Shown: positions 1 through 9,654, counted from the first letter of the stretch. The stretch is DNA of 64,000 bases from Clostridia bacterium (GCA_045533905.1 JAZSIR010000003.1:91515-155514), one strand, 5' to 3'. Program-made: numbers and translations. Notes: generated by a model from the letters alone, not told the origin.

Positions 1-2
1 TC

Positions 3-395
3 GGCATAGAAATGGACAGGCACATTGCAAAATACGGCAGGTTGTCTCCTTCAAAAGCACTTTTTATGCAGGCCATAGGCGCAGAACGCATCGAAAGCCT
101 TTGCGATGCATTTTCGAAAGAGATGGAAACGGAATACGCGGCAAAAGGCGCATACACGCGCCCGCGCTTCAGTCCCGGGTATGGAGACCTGCCGCTTTCC
201 GTGCAGGGAGATATATTCGCGGTCCTTTCGCCTCACCGCAAAATCGGCCTTTCATTAAATGAAAGCCTTCTGATGTCGCCCACAAAATCGGTGACGGCGT
301 TCATCGGCGTTTCAAAAACGGCATGTGCGGGCGAAGAAGAGCACAACTGCATAATTTGTGGGAAGAAGGACTGTGCATACAGGAGAGACGTATGA
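3..395 (+). CDS. Methionine synthase activation (AdoMet-binding) domain protein, 5'-truncated by window edge
   Basis: RFSPGYGDLPL and LMSPTKSVTA motifs, C-terminal CxxC-x3-C; frame open from the window start; stop overlaps the metH start (ATGA). Confidence 0.85.
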   Translation, partial: GIEMDRHIAKYGRLSPSKALFMQAIGAERIESLCDAFSKEMETEYAAKGAYTRPRFSPGYGDLPLSVQGDIFAVLSPHRKIGLSLNESLLMSPTKSVTAFIGVSKTACAGEEEHNCIICGKKDCAYRRDV

Positions 396-2791
396 ATATT
401 TTAGAGTATCTGAAAGAAAATATTGTATTTTTGGATGGCGGCACAGGCACGCTCTTGCAGGAAGCAGGGCTTCGCCCGGGGGAAAAGCCTGAAACCTGGA
501 ACCTTTCGCATCCTGATGTGGTGAAGAATATCCACAAAGCGTACTATGATGCCGGCAGTAATATCGTAAGCGCCAACACCTTCGGCGCAAACCTTCTGAA
601 GTTTTCGGAGGCGGAGCTTGAAGAAGTCATCCGTGCGGCGATGGAAAATGTAAAAGCAGCCAGGGATGAAAGCTGCGGCACACAGGAAAAATGGGTTGCC
701 TTTGACATTGGCCCCACCGGCCGTATGCTCGCCCCGTACGGCGATTTCGATTTTGAAGAGGCCGTTTCTGTCTTTGCGGCGAGTGTGCGCCTTGCCGAAA
801 AATACGGTGCTGAAATTCTGTTCATCCAGACGATGAATGATAGCTACGAAACAAAAGCCGCGGTTCTTGCGGCAAAAGAAAACAGCAGTCTCCCCGTTTT
901 TGTAGGGAATGCCTACGGGGAGGACGGCAAGCTTATGACGGGTGCATCCCCCGCCGCGATGGTGGCGATGCTTGAGGGGATGGGTGCCGATGCCATCGGC
1001 GTCAACTGTTCGCTCGGGCCGCGTGCCCTTTCGGGCGTTATCGAGGAATATCTCGCGCACGCCTCGGTGCCCGTGCTTTTAAAACCGAATGCAGGCCTTC
1101 CGCGTGCTGAAAGCGGCAAAACGGTCTACGATGTCCTGCCGGAGGAATTTGCGAAAGAATCTGCAAAGCTTATAGAAAAAGGCGTTCGCATCGCAGGCGG
1201 CTGCTGCGGCACAACGCCTCTCTATATAGAAGAACTCATAAAAAAAGCAAAGCGTTTGAAACCCGCGGAAATCGTGCCGAAACGCGAAACCGTGGTTTCT
1301 TCCTACACCCATACCGTTTCGTTTGGCGACAGCCCCGTTTTAATCGGGGAGCGCATTAATCCCACAGGGAAAAAGCGGTTCAAGGAAGCGCTCCTTCGGG
1401 GGGATATGGAATATATTCTCCGCGAAGGCGTAGCACAGAAAGAACGCGGGGTGCACATTCTGGATGTGAATGTGGGGCTTCCCGAAATTGACGAAGTATC
1501 TATGCTGCGCCGCGCCGTGTGCGAGCTGCAGGCGATTCTCGATTTGCCGCTCCAGATTGATTCGTCCGATCCCGTCGCGTTGGAAACTGCGCTTCGCCGC
1601 TATAACGGCAAAGCAATGGTCAATTCCGTAAACGGAAAAGAGGAGAGTATGGTGGCGGTATTTCCGCTCGTGAAAAAATACGGCGGCGTGGTGGTAGCGC
1701 TCACGCTTGACGAGGATGGCATCCCCGAAAAAGCGGAAGGTCGCCTCAAAATTGCGGAACGGATTCTGGCCACGGCGAAAAAATACGGTATCGACCAAAA
1801 GAATATCGTGTTTGACCCCCTCGCCCTTACAATAAGCGCCGATTCTTCTGCCGCGGTGGAAACGCTTCGCGCTGTGCAGCTTATCCGCTCGGCACTCGCC
1901 TGTCACACCTCGCTTGGGGTATCGAATGTGTCATTCGGGCTTCCTTCGCGCGAAATTATAAATTCAAATTTCTTTGCGCTTGCCCTCGCGCGTGGCCTTT
2001 CAGCGGCGATTATGAACCCGTATTCCGTGGAAATGATGAAAACGTATATGGCGTTTTGCGCGCTTATGGGCAAAGACGAAAACTGCGCCAATCTCATTGC
2101 ATTTGCAGAGACGTTACCGAGGCAGGAGGCCGAAGCGCCCGCTTCGGCAAAAGCCGGTACGGCGACGGGTGCAACCGCGCTTTCCGATGCCATCATAAAA
2201 GGCCTTCGGGATGCAGCGGCGTCCCTCGCCCGCGAGCTTCTCGAAAGCCGTGAGCCTCTCTCCGTTGTGCAGGAGGAAATTATCCCTGCGCTTGACACTG
2301 TGGGGCGCGGCTTTGAAGAAAAGACGGTATACCTTCCGCAGCTTCTTATGAGTGCGGAAGCGGCCAAGGCGGCCTTTGAAGAAGTGCGCGCGGCTTCCAA
2401 GAAAGAGGACGCGGCAGAAAAGTGCTCTGTTGTCATCGCCACCGTGCGCGGGGATATCCACGATATCGGCAAAAACATCGTAAAGCTCCTTCTTGAAAAT
2501 TACGGCTTTTCCGTGTATGATTTAGGTAAGGATGTAAAGCCGGAGACGATTGTCGAAGAAGTAAAGAAACGGCAAGCGCCGCTTGTCGGCCTCAGTGCGC
2601 TGATGACGACGACGGTTCCCGCCATGGAAGAAACGATACAGCTTCTTCGGAAGGAAGCGCCCGCTTGCCGCGTGGTCGTCGGCGGGGCGGTTCTCACAAA
2701 AGAATACGCCGAGGCTATCGGCGCCGACCGCTACGCGAAGGATGCGATGGAGTCGGTCCGCTATGCGGAAGAAATTTTTGCTTCTCTGTAA
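392..2791 (+). CDS. metH: Cobalamin-dependent methionine synthase (Hcy-binding, pterin-binding and B12-binding domains; activation domain split off upstream)
   Basis: LDGGTGT, GVNCSLGP, GGCCGT, GERINPTG, GDIHDIGKNIV motifs; AGGAG RBS before ATG 392. Confidence 0.93.
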   Translation: MNILEYLKENIVFLDGGTGTLLQEAGLRPGEKPETWNLSHPDVVKNIHKAYYDAGSNIVSANTFGANLLKFSEAELEEVIRAAMENVKAARDESCGTQEKWVAFDIGPTGRMLAPYGDFDFEEAVSVFAASVRLAEKYGAEILFIQTMNDSYETKAAVLAAKENSSLPVFVGNAYGEDGKLMTGASPAAMVAMLEGMGADAIGVNCSLGPRALSGVIEEYLAHASVPVLLKPNAGLPRAESGKTVYDVLPEEFAKESAKLIEKGVRIAGGCCGTTPLYIEELIKKAKRLKPAEIVPKRETVVSSYTHTVSFGDSPVLIGERINPTGKKRFKEALLRGDMEYILREGVAQKERGVHILDVNVGLPEIDEVSMLRRAVCELQAILDLPLQIDSSDPVALETALRRYNGKAMVNSVNGKEESMVAVFPLVKKYGGVVVALTLDEDGIPEKAEGRLKIAERILATAKKYGIDQKNIVFDPLALTISADSSAAVETLRAVQLIRSALACHTSLGVSNVSFGLPSREIINSNFFALALARGLSAAIMNPYSVEMMKTYMAFCALMGKDENCANLIAFAETLPRQEAEAPASAKAGTATGATALSDAIIKGLRDAAASLARELLESREPLSVVQEEIIPALDTVGRGFEEKTVYLPQLLMSAEAAKAAFEEVRAASKKEDAAEKCSVVIATVRGDIHDIGKNIVKLLLENYGFSVYDLGKDVKPETIVEEVKKRQAPLVGLSALMTTTVPAMEETIQLLRKEAPACRVVVGGAVLTKEYAEAIGADRYAKDAMESVRYAEEIFASL

Positions 2792-2826
2792 TTTTTGGGG
2801 TCTGTAAACTCGGGTTTACGGGCCCT

Positions 2827-3117
2827 TTAGCTTTCCATGCCTTCGGTCAGGAGAAAGATAAGAAGACCAAACCAGAGCATTTTTCCGATAATCTGCCCGT
2901 AGCCCATAAGTCCGGAGACGATGCAAAGAAAGAAAACGAGAGCAAGCGTTACCCCGCCGGCGAGGGAAATCCCGCCGGAAGAAGCGGCGACCGCTTCCTG
3001 CTTTTTTACGCGGGCGGTATAGGCACTTTGACGCGCACTGTGCCAGTTTCTCGCAATGTCCTCATAGTAAATCACATTGCCCTGCATATCCATTTTCCCG
3101 TTATAAATCCGTTCCAT
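2827..3117 (-). CDS. Small membrane protein, unknown function
   Basis: AGGAGGG RBS before ATG 3117; two C-terminal hydrophobic helices. Confidence 0.55.
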   Translation of the reverse strand: MERIYNGKMDMQGNVIYYEDIARNWHSARQSAYTARVKKQEAVAASSGGISLAGGVTLALVFFLCIVSGLMGYGQIIGKMLWFGLLIFLLTEGMES

Positions 3118-3214
3118 ACTGTACCCTCCTGTAAAAAGTGTTTTTCTTACTGGTACCAGTATATAAAAAGAGCTGTCCGATAAAACGGACAGCTCTTGGA
3201 GTTTTGCGAAGTTT

Positions 3215-3406
3215 TTATGCCATAATTTCCGAAATAGCATCTAAGATTTTATTGTAGCAGCCACCGCAGCCGGTGGAGCAATGGGTAATTGCCTGTACAT
3301 CGCGAAACGCATCGAGCACATCGTCAAACTTCTTTGTCTGATCGAGCGCATCTGCGATATCGAAGTAGCTTACCTGTTTGCAGTTACAGATGATTCGGTT
3401 TTCCAT
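3215..3406 (-). CDS. BFD-like [2Fe-2S]-binding protein
   Basis: ICNC...CSTGCGGC cysteine pattern, 63 aa, GGAGG RBS. Confidence 0.85.
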   Translation of the reverse strand: MENRIICNCKQVSYFDIADALDQTKKFDDVLDAFRDVQAITHCSTGCGGCYNKILDAISEIMA

Positions 3407-3437
3407 TTTCTATTCCTCCTAAGGCAATGGCTATGCC

Positions 3438-4880
3438 TTATAATTTTGCGATATAGTCGAGAAGAATTTTATTCAGAACCTGCGGATCGCAATTGCCGCG
3501 GAGCTCGCGCATACATTTGCCGAAAATGGACATAATGGCCTTTTCCTTACCGCCCTTGTAATCGGCAACGGCACCGGGATCCGCCGCTACGGCGGCCTTT
3601 ACAACCTCTTCAATTTTGCCGGTATCGTTTGAAACGATGAGCCCGTTTGCCTCGGCATAGGCGGCCGGACGGATTTCGGGATCGTCAAACATCGCAGAAA
3701 GGATGCGCTTTGCATTGGCACGGCCGACCTTTTTGTCGTTTACAAGGCGGATAAGCTCGCCGAGCGCCGCCCCGTCAATGCGAAGCATATCATATGTCAT
3801 TTTCTTGGCATTTAAGATGCTCATAATTTCCGAGGTAATCCAGTTGGCAACGTCCTTTGCCGCGATACCGTCAGCGCAGGCGGCTTCAAAGCATTCGCAG
3901 AGCCAGATGCTTCTCGAAAGCTGCTCGGCATCATATTCGCCAAGGCCGTATTCGTTCATATACTTGGCTTTTTTAACCTCGGGGAATTCGGGGAGAGAGC
4001 TCTTGATTTCGTCAAACCACGCGTCATCAATTACAACGGGCATTACGTTGGGATCGGGGAAGTAGCGATAGTCGCCCGAGGTTTCCTTTGTGCGCATCGC
4101 GTAGCTTTTACCCTTAAGGTCATCCCAGCGTCTCGTCTCCTGCCGGAGCTCTTCCGTGTTATTTTCGAGCGCGTCGATGTGTCTGGCTGTTTCGTATTCA
4201 ATGGCACGCTTGATCGCCTCTACGGAGTTCATATTCTTCATCTCGGTGCGAACGCCGAGCACATCGCTCCCTTCGGGGCGGACAGAGAGGTTTACGTCAC
4301 AGCGCATCGTGCCGTGCGCCATTTCGCATTCTGCAACCTTTGCATAGCGCAAAAGTGTCTTAAGACGCTCCAGATACGCTTCCACTTCCTCTGCGCTCGA
4401 AAGGTCAGGCTGGCTGACGATTTCAATGAGCGGCACGCTGGTGCGGTTGAAGTCAATGTGCGTAGTGTCCTCGCGAAGGTCGTGGACGAGCTTGCCCGCG
4501 TCCTCCTCCATATGAATCTGCTTTATGCGGACGTTTTTCTTCCCCGCGGCGGTTTCAATTTCCACGGTGCCGTTTACGGCAACGGGCTGGAACCACTGTG
4601 TCGTCTGATAGGCGGCGGGAAGGTCCGGATAATAGTAGCTCTTTTTGTCAAATGTAGTGGTGCGGTTGATGTGGCAGTTCAGCATCATACCGGCTTTCAT
4701 ACCAAAGTCCACCACGCGCCGGTTCACAACCGGAAGCATACCGGGCATACCGGAACAGGCGGGGCAGACGTGCGAGTTTTGCTCGGCACCGTAGGAGTGC
4801 GCAGAACAGGAACAGAAAATTTTGGCGTTGGTCGCAAGCTCTACGTGCACTTCAAGACCAATGACGGTTTCATATTTCAT
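3438..4880 (-). CDS. gatB: Asp-tRNA(Asn)/Glu-tRNA(Gln) amidotransferase subunit B
   Basis: IGLEVHVEL, YYYPD, HMEEDAGK, MRCDVNLS, DYRYFPDP motifs; C-terminal Yqey-like domain. Confidence 0.96.
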   Translation of the reverse strand: MKYETVIGLEVHVELATNAKIFCSCSAHSYGAEQNSHVCPACSGMPGMLPVVNRRVVDFGMKAGMMLNCHINRTTTFDKKSYYYPDLPAAYQTTQWFQPVAVNGTVEIETAAGKKNVRIKQIHMEEDAGKLVHDLREDTTHIDFNRTSVPLIEIVSQPDLSSAEEVEAYLERLKTLLRYAKVAECEMAHGTMRCDVNLSVRPEGSDVLGVRTEMKNMNSVEAIKRAIEYETARHIDALENNTEELRQETRRWDDLKGKSYAMRTKETSGDYRYFPDPNVMPVVIDDAWFDEIKSSLPEFPEVKKAKYMNEYGLGEYDAEQLSRSIWLCECFEAACADGIAAKDVANWITSEIMSILNAKKMTYDMLRIDGAALGELIRLVNDKKVGRANAKRILSAMFDDPEIRPAAYAEANGLIVSNDTGKIEEVVKAAVAADPGAVADYKGGKEKAIMSIFGKCMRELRGNCDPQVLNKILLDYIAKL

Positions 4881-4881
4881 A

Positions 4882-6081
4882 TTACTTGCCCTCCCCACTG
4901 AGTATTCTGGCCGCATCTAAAAGCGCGTGCTCGGAAAAGGCCTTTCCGATAAGCTGCACGCCGCCGGCAACTGCGGCGGGAAGCCCCGTGATGCTGGCCG
5001 GTGCGGTGTAGAAGTTTTCTTCAAATGCGATGTGCTTATTTGTAAGCAGCTCTTGTGTGTATGCCATCGAAGAGGTGGCAGGCAGAAGCACGGCATCTGT
5101 TTCCGTAAAGAGAGTTTCAAAGGCTTCGAGAATCACTCTTCGCATACGGAGGCATTTATCATATATGGGCATATAGTTTTTCGTCGAAAGTGTTTCCGAA
5201 CCGAAAAGGATGGCCATTTTGAGAAGCGCACCGAAGGCTTCCGTGCGGCTGTTTGTGTAAAGCTCGTCAATTCCCGAGAATTTCTCGGCGCGGTGGCCGT
5301 ATTTTACGCCGTCATACCGCGAAACGTTGTTGCAAAGCTCTGCGCTCATTAAAACGTTCCAGGCGGCACGCGCGGCGGCAATCGCTTCATTTTCTGAGGA
5401 GACAACTTCGATGCCGGCAGCCTCGAGCTTTTTCACGGCCGCATCCAGATTTTCGCGGACAGCGGCATCGATGCCCTCAGTCATTGAGGTCAGCACGGTC
5501 ACGCGGCGAAGGGGTGTATGCGCCGCATCTGCGCGGAGATTTGTGCAAAGCGCATCAGAAAGGCTGGTGCCGTCCTTATCGTCGTGCCCTGCAATATGGC
5601 CAAGAATTTCGCGGCAGATTTCAGCCGATGCAGAAAGTACGCTGACCGTCTCGCCCGAGCAGGCCACGGGAATCGTGCCGTAGCGGGAAACCGTGCCGTA
5701 GGTGGGTTTTAGACTTACAAGTCCGTTTTGCGCCGCAGCACGGCGCACGGCGCCGTTTACGTCAAGACAAATGGCGGCTGTCGCTTCGCCACTCTTTATA
5801 ATTTCTGCCGAGGCATTCCGGAGCGTTCCGTCTTCAAAAAGGGCGCCGTCTGCGGCGGTTTCGCCAAGTAAATCGATGGCAAATTCCCCGACGGCGGCTT
5901 TCCCGCAAACTGCATATCCTGCATTTTTGAGGCGGGTGAGCACTTCCGCTTCCAGAAGGCTCATAAAGCCGCGGAGCATATTCGAGCCTGCGGCGGTGGG
6001 CATATCCGTGGTGAGAAGCATATCCTCAGCCACGATTCTTTTCTCGGCGGTGATATCTTTTTTAACTGTATAGGCTTTCAT
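4882..6081 (-). CDS. gatA: GatA-like amidase-family subunit with degenerate catalytic triad
   Basis: LKPTYGTVSRYG and SRYDGVKYGHR retained; lies between gatC and gatB; KD, GGSSGGS and DTGGS motifs altered. Confidence 0.85.
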   Translation of the reverse strand: MKAYTVKKDITAEKRIVAEDMLLTTDMPTAAGSNMLRGFMSLLEAEVLTRLKNAGYAVCGKAAVGEFAIDLLGETAADGALFEDGTLRNASAEIIKSGEATAAICLDVNGAVRRAAAQNGLVSLKPTYGTVSRYGTIPVACSGETVSVLSASAEICREILGHIAGHDDKDGTSLSDALCTNLRADAAHTPLRRVTVLTSMTEGIDAAVRENLDAAVKKLEAAGIEVVSSENEAIAAARAAWNVLMSAELCNNVSRYDGVKYGHRAEKFSGIDELYTNSRTEAFGALLKMAILFGSETLSTKNYMPIYDKCLRMRRVILEAFETLFTETDAVLLPATSSMAYTQELLTNKHIAFEENFYTAPASITGLPAAVAGGVQLIGKAFSEHALLDAARILSGEGK

Positions 6082-6095
6082 TGCATATCCTCCCA

Positions 6096-6377
6096 TCATT
6101 CCAGAACCTTCGGGACGCACCAGTACCCTTCGTCCGTCTCGGGCGCGCCTTCCTGCAGCGCTTCCCGCGAGAAGAGCTGGCGGCTTTCGTCCTCGCGCAC
6201 GACTGTCATAATCGGCATGACATGCACCATTCTTTCCACGTCCGAAACATCGAACTTGTCAAGGCCGCCGAGGTCTTTTATCCTCTTTTCGAAGAAAGCA
6301 ATGAATTCTTCCTTCTGCGCCTCTGTAAGCTCTATATGATTCAGCATTTCCAGTAATCTGAGAATTTCTCTGTCCAT
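6096..6377 (-). CDS. gatC: Amidotransferase subunit C
   Basis: 93 aa, VRED and GAPETDEGYWCVPKV motifs, operon position. Confidence 0.88.
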   Translation of the reverse strand: MDREILRLLEMLNHIELTEAQKEEFIAFFEKRIKDLGGLDKFDVSDVERMVHVMPIMTVVREDESRQLFSREALQEGAPETDEGYWCVPKVLE

Positions 6378-6404
6378 ACTTATATCTCCTTTACTTTGAA
6401 GAGA

Positions 6405-8180
6405 CTAGTCTCTTACCCGGATGTGTACCTCACGGAGCTGCTGCTCGGTAACTTCGCCGGGCGCACCCATCATAAGGTCCTGCGCATTGCCGTTTAAGGG
6501 GAAGGCGATAACGTCGCGAATTGTATCTTCCTCCGCCAGAAGCATCACCATTCTGTCCACACCCGGTGCCATACCTGCGTGCGGCGGTGCGCCGTACGAG
6601 AAGGCGGTGTAAAGGGCGCCGAACTTCGCTTTTACATCCTCTTCGCCGTAGCCCGCAATTTCAAACGCCTTCTTCATAATTTCGGGGTTATGGTTTCTGA
6701 CAGCGCCGGAGGAAAGCTCTACGCCGTTGCATACGATATCATACTGGTATGCAAAAATTTCAAGCGGATCCTTCGTAAGAAGTGCTTCAAGGCCGCCCTG
6801 CGGCATAGAGAAGGGGTTATGGGTAAAGTCAATTTTGTTCGTGTCGGGATTGAGTTCATACATCGGGAAGTCCACGATAAAGCAGAATTCAAAGGCATCG
6901 TTTCGGACAAGGCCGAGCTCCGTGCCGATCCAGGTGCGCATTTCGCCTGCAAGGCGGTTGATGACGGAGGCTGCATCGCTGATAAAGAAGAGCGAATCGC
7001 CGTCCGAAATGCCGCAAAGCTCGCAAAGCTCTGCCTTCTGTTCTTCGGTGAGGAACTTCGCGATCGGGCCCTTGAATTCCCCGTCCTCGAGTGTGATGTA
7101 GCCGCAGCCGAACTTCATACCGATGCTTCTCGAATAGGCATCTATGGCCTTTTCAAATGCCTTCTTGCCGTCGCCGTCGCCATCCTTCTTTACGAGATAG
7201 TTGGCAACAATACCGCGGACAAGCTTGTTCTTGAAGGGCACGGTTCTGCCGTTGATATCTAAAAATTCGTGTTTGGCAAAGAAATCGGTAAGGTCCTTGA
7301 TTTCGAGGGGGTTACGGAGATCCGGCTTATCCGTGCCGTACTTCAGCATAGCGTCTGCAAAGGTAATTCTTCTGAAAGGCGGCTTGGAAACCTTTTTGTC
7401 CGTAAACTGCATAAAGGTGTTGTAAATAACCGTTTCCGCAACCTCAAATACATCCTCCTGTGTAGCGAAGGACATTTCAAAGTCCAGCTGATAGAATTCG
7501 CCGGGGGAACGGTCCTGCCGTGCATCTTCATCACGGAAGCAAGGCGCAATCTGGAAGTAGCGGTCAAAGCCCGATGCCATCAGAAGCTGCTTGAACTGCT
7601 GCGGTGCCTGGGGCAGGGCATAGAATTTGCCCTTGTGCTTGCGGCTGGGTACAAGATAGTCGCGTGCGCCTTCCGGCGAGGAAGCGGTGAGAATCGGCGT
7701 CTGCATTTCCAGAAAGCCGAGGGCTTCCATCTGTGCGCGGAGGTAGCTGATTACCTTGGAGCGCAGCACGATATTGTCGTGAATTTTTCTGTTACGAAGG
7801 TCAAGGAAGCGGTACTTAAGGCGGACCTCTTCGCGCGTCTGCGTGGAGGCATCAATGTCAAACGGGAGGCTTAAAAGGCAGGGGCCGAGCACCTCGATTT
7901 TTTCCGTCTTTACTTCAATCATACCGGTTGCGATTTTAGGGTTTACCGTCTCCGCATCGCGCTCGGCAACAACGCCTTCCACAAGCACAACCGTTTCCTT
8001 CGAAATGCCGTTTATCATCGAGTCATCCAAAAAAACGATCTGTACAACGCCGTAATGGTCACGAATGTCGGCAAACAGAACGCCGCCGTGGTCGCGGATA
8101 GTTTCAATCCAGCCGGTAATGGTCACCTTCTGACCGATGTGTTCCTTCGAAAGCTCGTTACAAGTGTGTGTTCTAAGCAT
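6405..8180 (-). CDS. aspS: Aspartyl-tRNA synthetase, probably non-discriminating
   Basis: RTHTC, RDHGG, EGARDYLVPSR, FRDED, GAPPHAG motifs; His in RDHGG plus gatCAB linkage; AAGGAGG RBS before ATG 8180. Confidence 0.96.
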   Translation of the reverse strand: MLRTHTCNELSKEHIGQKVTITGWIETIRDHGGVLFADIRDHYGVVQIVFLDDSMINGISKETVVLVEGVVAERDAETVNPKIATGMIEVKTEKIEVLGPCLLSLPFDIDASTQTREEVRLKYRFLDLRNRKIHDNIVLRSKVISYLRAQMEALGFLEMQTPILTASSPEGARDYLVPSRKHKGKFYALPQAPQQFKQLLMASGFDRYFQIAPCFRDEDARQDRSPGEFYQLDFEMSFATQEDVFEVAETVIYNTFMQFTDKKVSKPPFRRITFADAMLKYGTDKPDLRNPLEIKDLTDFFAKHEFLDINGRTVPFKNKLVRGIVANYLVKKDGDGDGKKAFEKAIDAYSRSIGMKFGCGYITLEDGEFKGPIAKFLTEEQKAELCELCGISDGDSLFFISDAASVINRLAGEMRTWIGTELGLVRNDAFEFCFIVDFPMYELNPDTNKIDFTHNPFSMPQGGLEALLTKDPLEIFAYQYDIVCNGVELSSGAVRNHNPEIMKKAFEIAGYGEEDVKAKFGALYTAFSYGAPPHAGMAPGVDRMVMLLAEEDTIRDVIAFPLNGNAQDLMMGAPGEVTEQQLREVHIRVRD

Positions 8181-8244
8181 AGTGTGATCCTCCTTATATG
8201 GTAAAATACTCTGAAAACAAAACGGATTTTCGGGGGATGCGGAA

Positions 8245-8490
8245 AAATAAAAAGTCTCCCGTCCCTCAGTATGGGACGAAAGACCTGTCTTCCGCGATAC
8301 CACCCAAATTGATCTATAAAAAGATCCTCTTCATTCAGTCTTTACGCGACCAACGTGCGGTTCTAATCACCCCGGGGGGCTTTCTTCCGCAGGCTCCGAA
8401 GTGTTTTTCCTGCACCCCTCATTACCGTCTTACAGCAACCGACGGCTCTCTGAGAATGAAAAAGTGCAGTACTCTCTCCATCAACGCCAC
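8245..8490 (-). promoter_or_regulatory. T-box riboswitch leader with probable Asn (AAC) specifier
   Basis: Minus strand: AGTA box, CAGAGAG and GCTG loop motifs in stem I, GAAAAACAC specifier region, AATTTGGGTGGTATCGCG T-box, then a CGTCCC/GGGACG terminator with T-run. Confidence 0.88.
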
Positions 8491-8505
8491 ATTAATAATG
8501 TAAAA

Positions 8506-8534
8506 AGTATATCATATCTTCCCGAAAATGTCAA
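8506..8534 (-). promoter_or_regulatory. SigA promoter of the aspS-gatCAB leader
   Basis: TTGACA-N17-TATACT immediately upstream of the T-box. Confidence 0.8.
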
Positions 8535-8568
8535 CTATTTTTGCCGTTCTTTTTGACTTTTCGGGAAA

Positions 8569-9654
8569 TTACGGCCGGTATACAAATTCGTGATTGATGC
8601 CCGACTCAAGGAATGACAGTAACGCTTCCCCGCTTTTTCCGAGTGAGAGCCCTAAAATCACCTTCGTATAGGCGAGGGGGAGCGTGGTACCCCAAAAGGC
8701 GCGGGCGCCAAAGTCCAGCGCGTTTTTCGTGGTGCCGTAGCGGCAGCTTTCCGCGCTGCACGGCGCGAGAATTACGGGAATACCGAGCGGCATACAGCGC
8801 GTAAGAAGCGAAAGGATGGAATACGGTCTGTCTGCCTCGGCCACTTCCGAAAGGGAGAGCACACGGTCCTTCGTTTTTTCGGGCGCCGCCGCGCGGCCGA
8901 TGCAAACACTTTCCGCGTGGTATGTGCCGTGCACGATTGCCCGCACGTTTTCGAGCGAAACGGCATCATAGAAAAGATTTGTATACGGCTGCAAAAGCAG
9001 CACACCCTCCGCCAAAGCATTGATATGGCGAAGGAGAAAGCCGTCCGTTTCAAAGGCGCGGCCGGAAAGCTTTGCATTTTTTTCATCCGGCACCGGCATC
9101 GCATCCGCACTTTCGAATTCATCGCTGTAATTCGGGCACGGGAGAAGGTGCGCCCCAAAGTGCACGAGAAGCTTTTCCGCATTTTTGTAGACGGCATACA
9201 CATTGGGCGCGATGCCGTTTACGATAAGCTCCACCGCCGCGCGGAAATTGGTAAATCCGTTTGTGCGCGGGTCGGTAAGAGGAAAGGCAGCCGAAACGAG
9301 GCATACGGGAATTTTATAGCCTGCCAGAAGAAGTGACAGGAGGGAAGATGTGTAGGCGAGCGTATCGGTACCGTGCAAAACGATTACGCCATCATATTTT
9401 TCCTGCACCGATTCGTCTCGGAATATGTCGAGAAGGGCATCCCAGGACCCGACCGTCATATTCTCGCTCAGAATATCCTGCGGCAGGAAGACGTTTTCAA
9501 ATACAACATCGGCACAAAAAGGCGAGTCGGACTTTCTGAAATCCGCTTCGAGTAAACTGCCCATTTCCTTCGCGTGGGACTGATTTTTCCCGCAGTCCGG
9601 AGAAAGGGAGGCGCAAATGGTGCCGCCCGTAAAAAGTAATAAAATTTTATGCAT
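8569..9654 (-). CDS. Asparaginase/glutaminase family protein (cytoplasmic type)
   Basis: FTGGTI and VLHGTDTLAY catalytic Thr motifs; no signal peptide. Confidence 0.88.
   Translation of the reverse strand: MHKILLLFTGGTICASLSPDCGKNQSHAKEMGSLLEADFRKSDSPFCADVVFENVFLPQDILSENMTVGSWDALLDIFRDESVQEKYDGVIVLHGTDTLAYTSSLLSLLLAGYKIPVCLVSAAFPLTDPRTNGFTNFRAAVELIVNGIAPNVYAVYKNAEKLLVHFGAHLLPCPNYSDEFESADAMPVPDEKNAKLSGRAFETDGFLLRHINALAEGVLLLQPYTNLFYDAVSLENVRAIVHGTYHAESVCIGRAAAPEKTKDRVLSLSEVAEADRPYSILSLLTRCMPLGIPVILAPCSAESCRYGTTKNALDFGARAFWGTTLPLAYTKVILGLSLGKSGEALLSFLESGINHEFVYRP

Noticed and set aside
3-2791. Split methionine synthase as a novelty
   Set aside because: A separate activation domain is an established arrangement in Clostridia and Thermotoga
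3237-4922. GCATCTAA matches at 3237 and 4913
   Set aside because: They lie inside housekeeping coding sequence, lack the AACC end and have no partner arm; treated as chance matches
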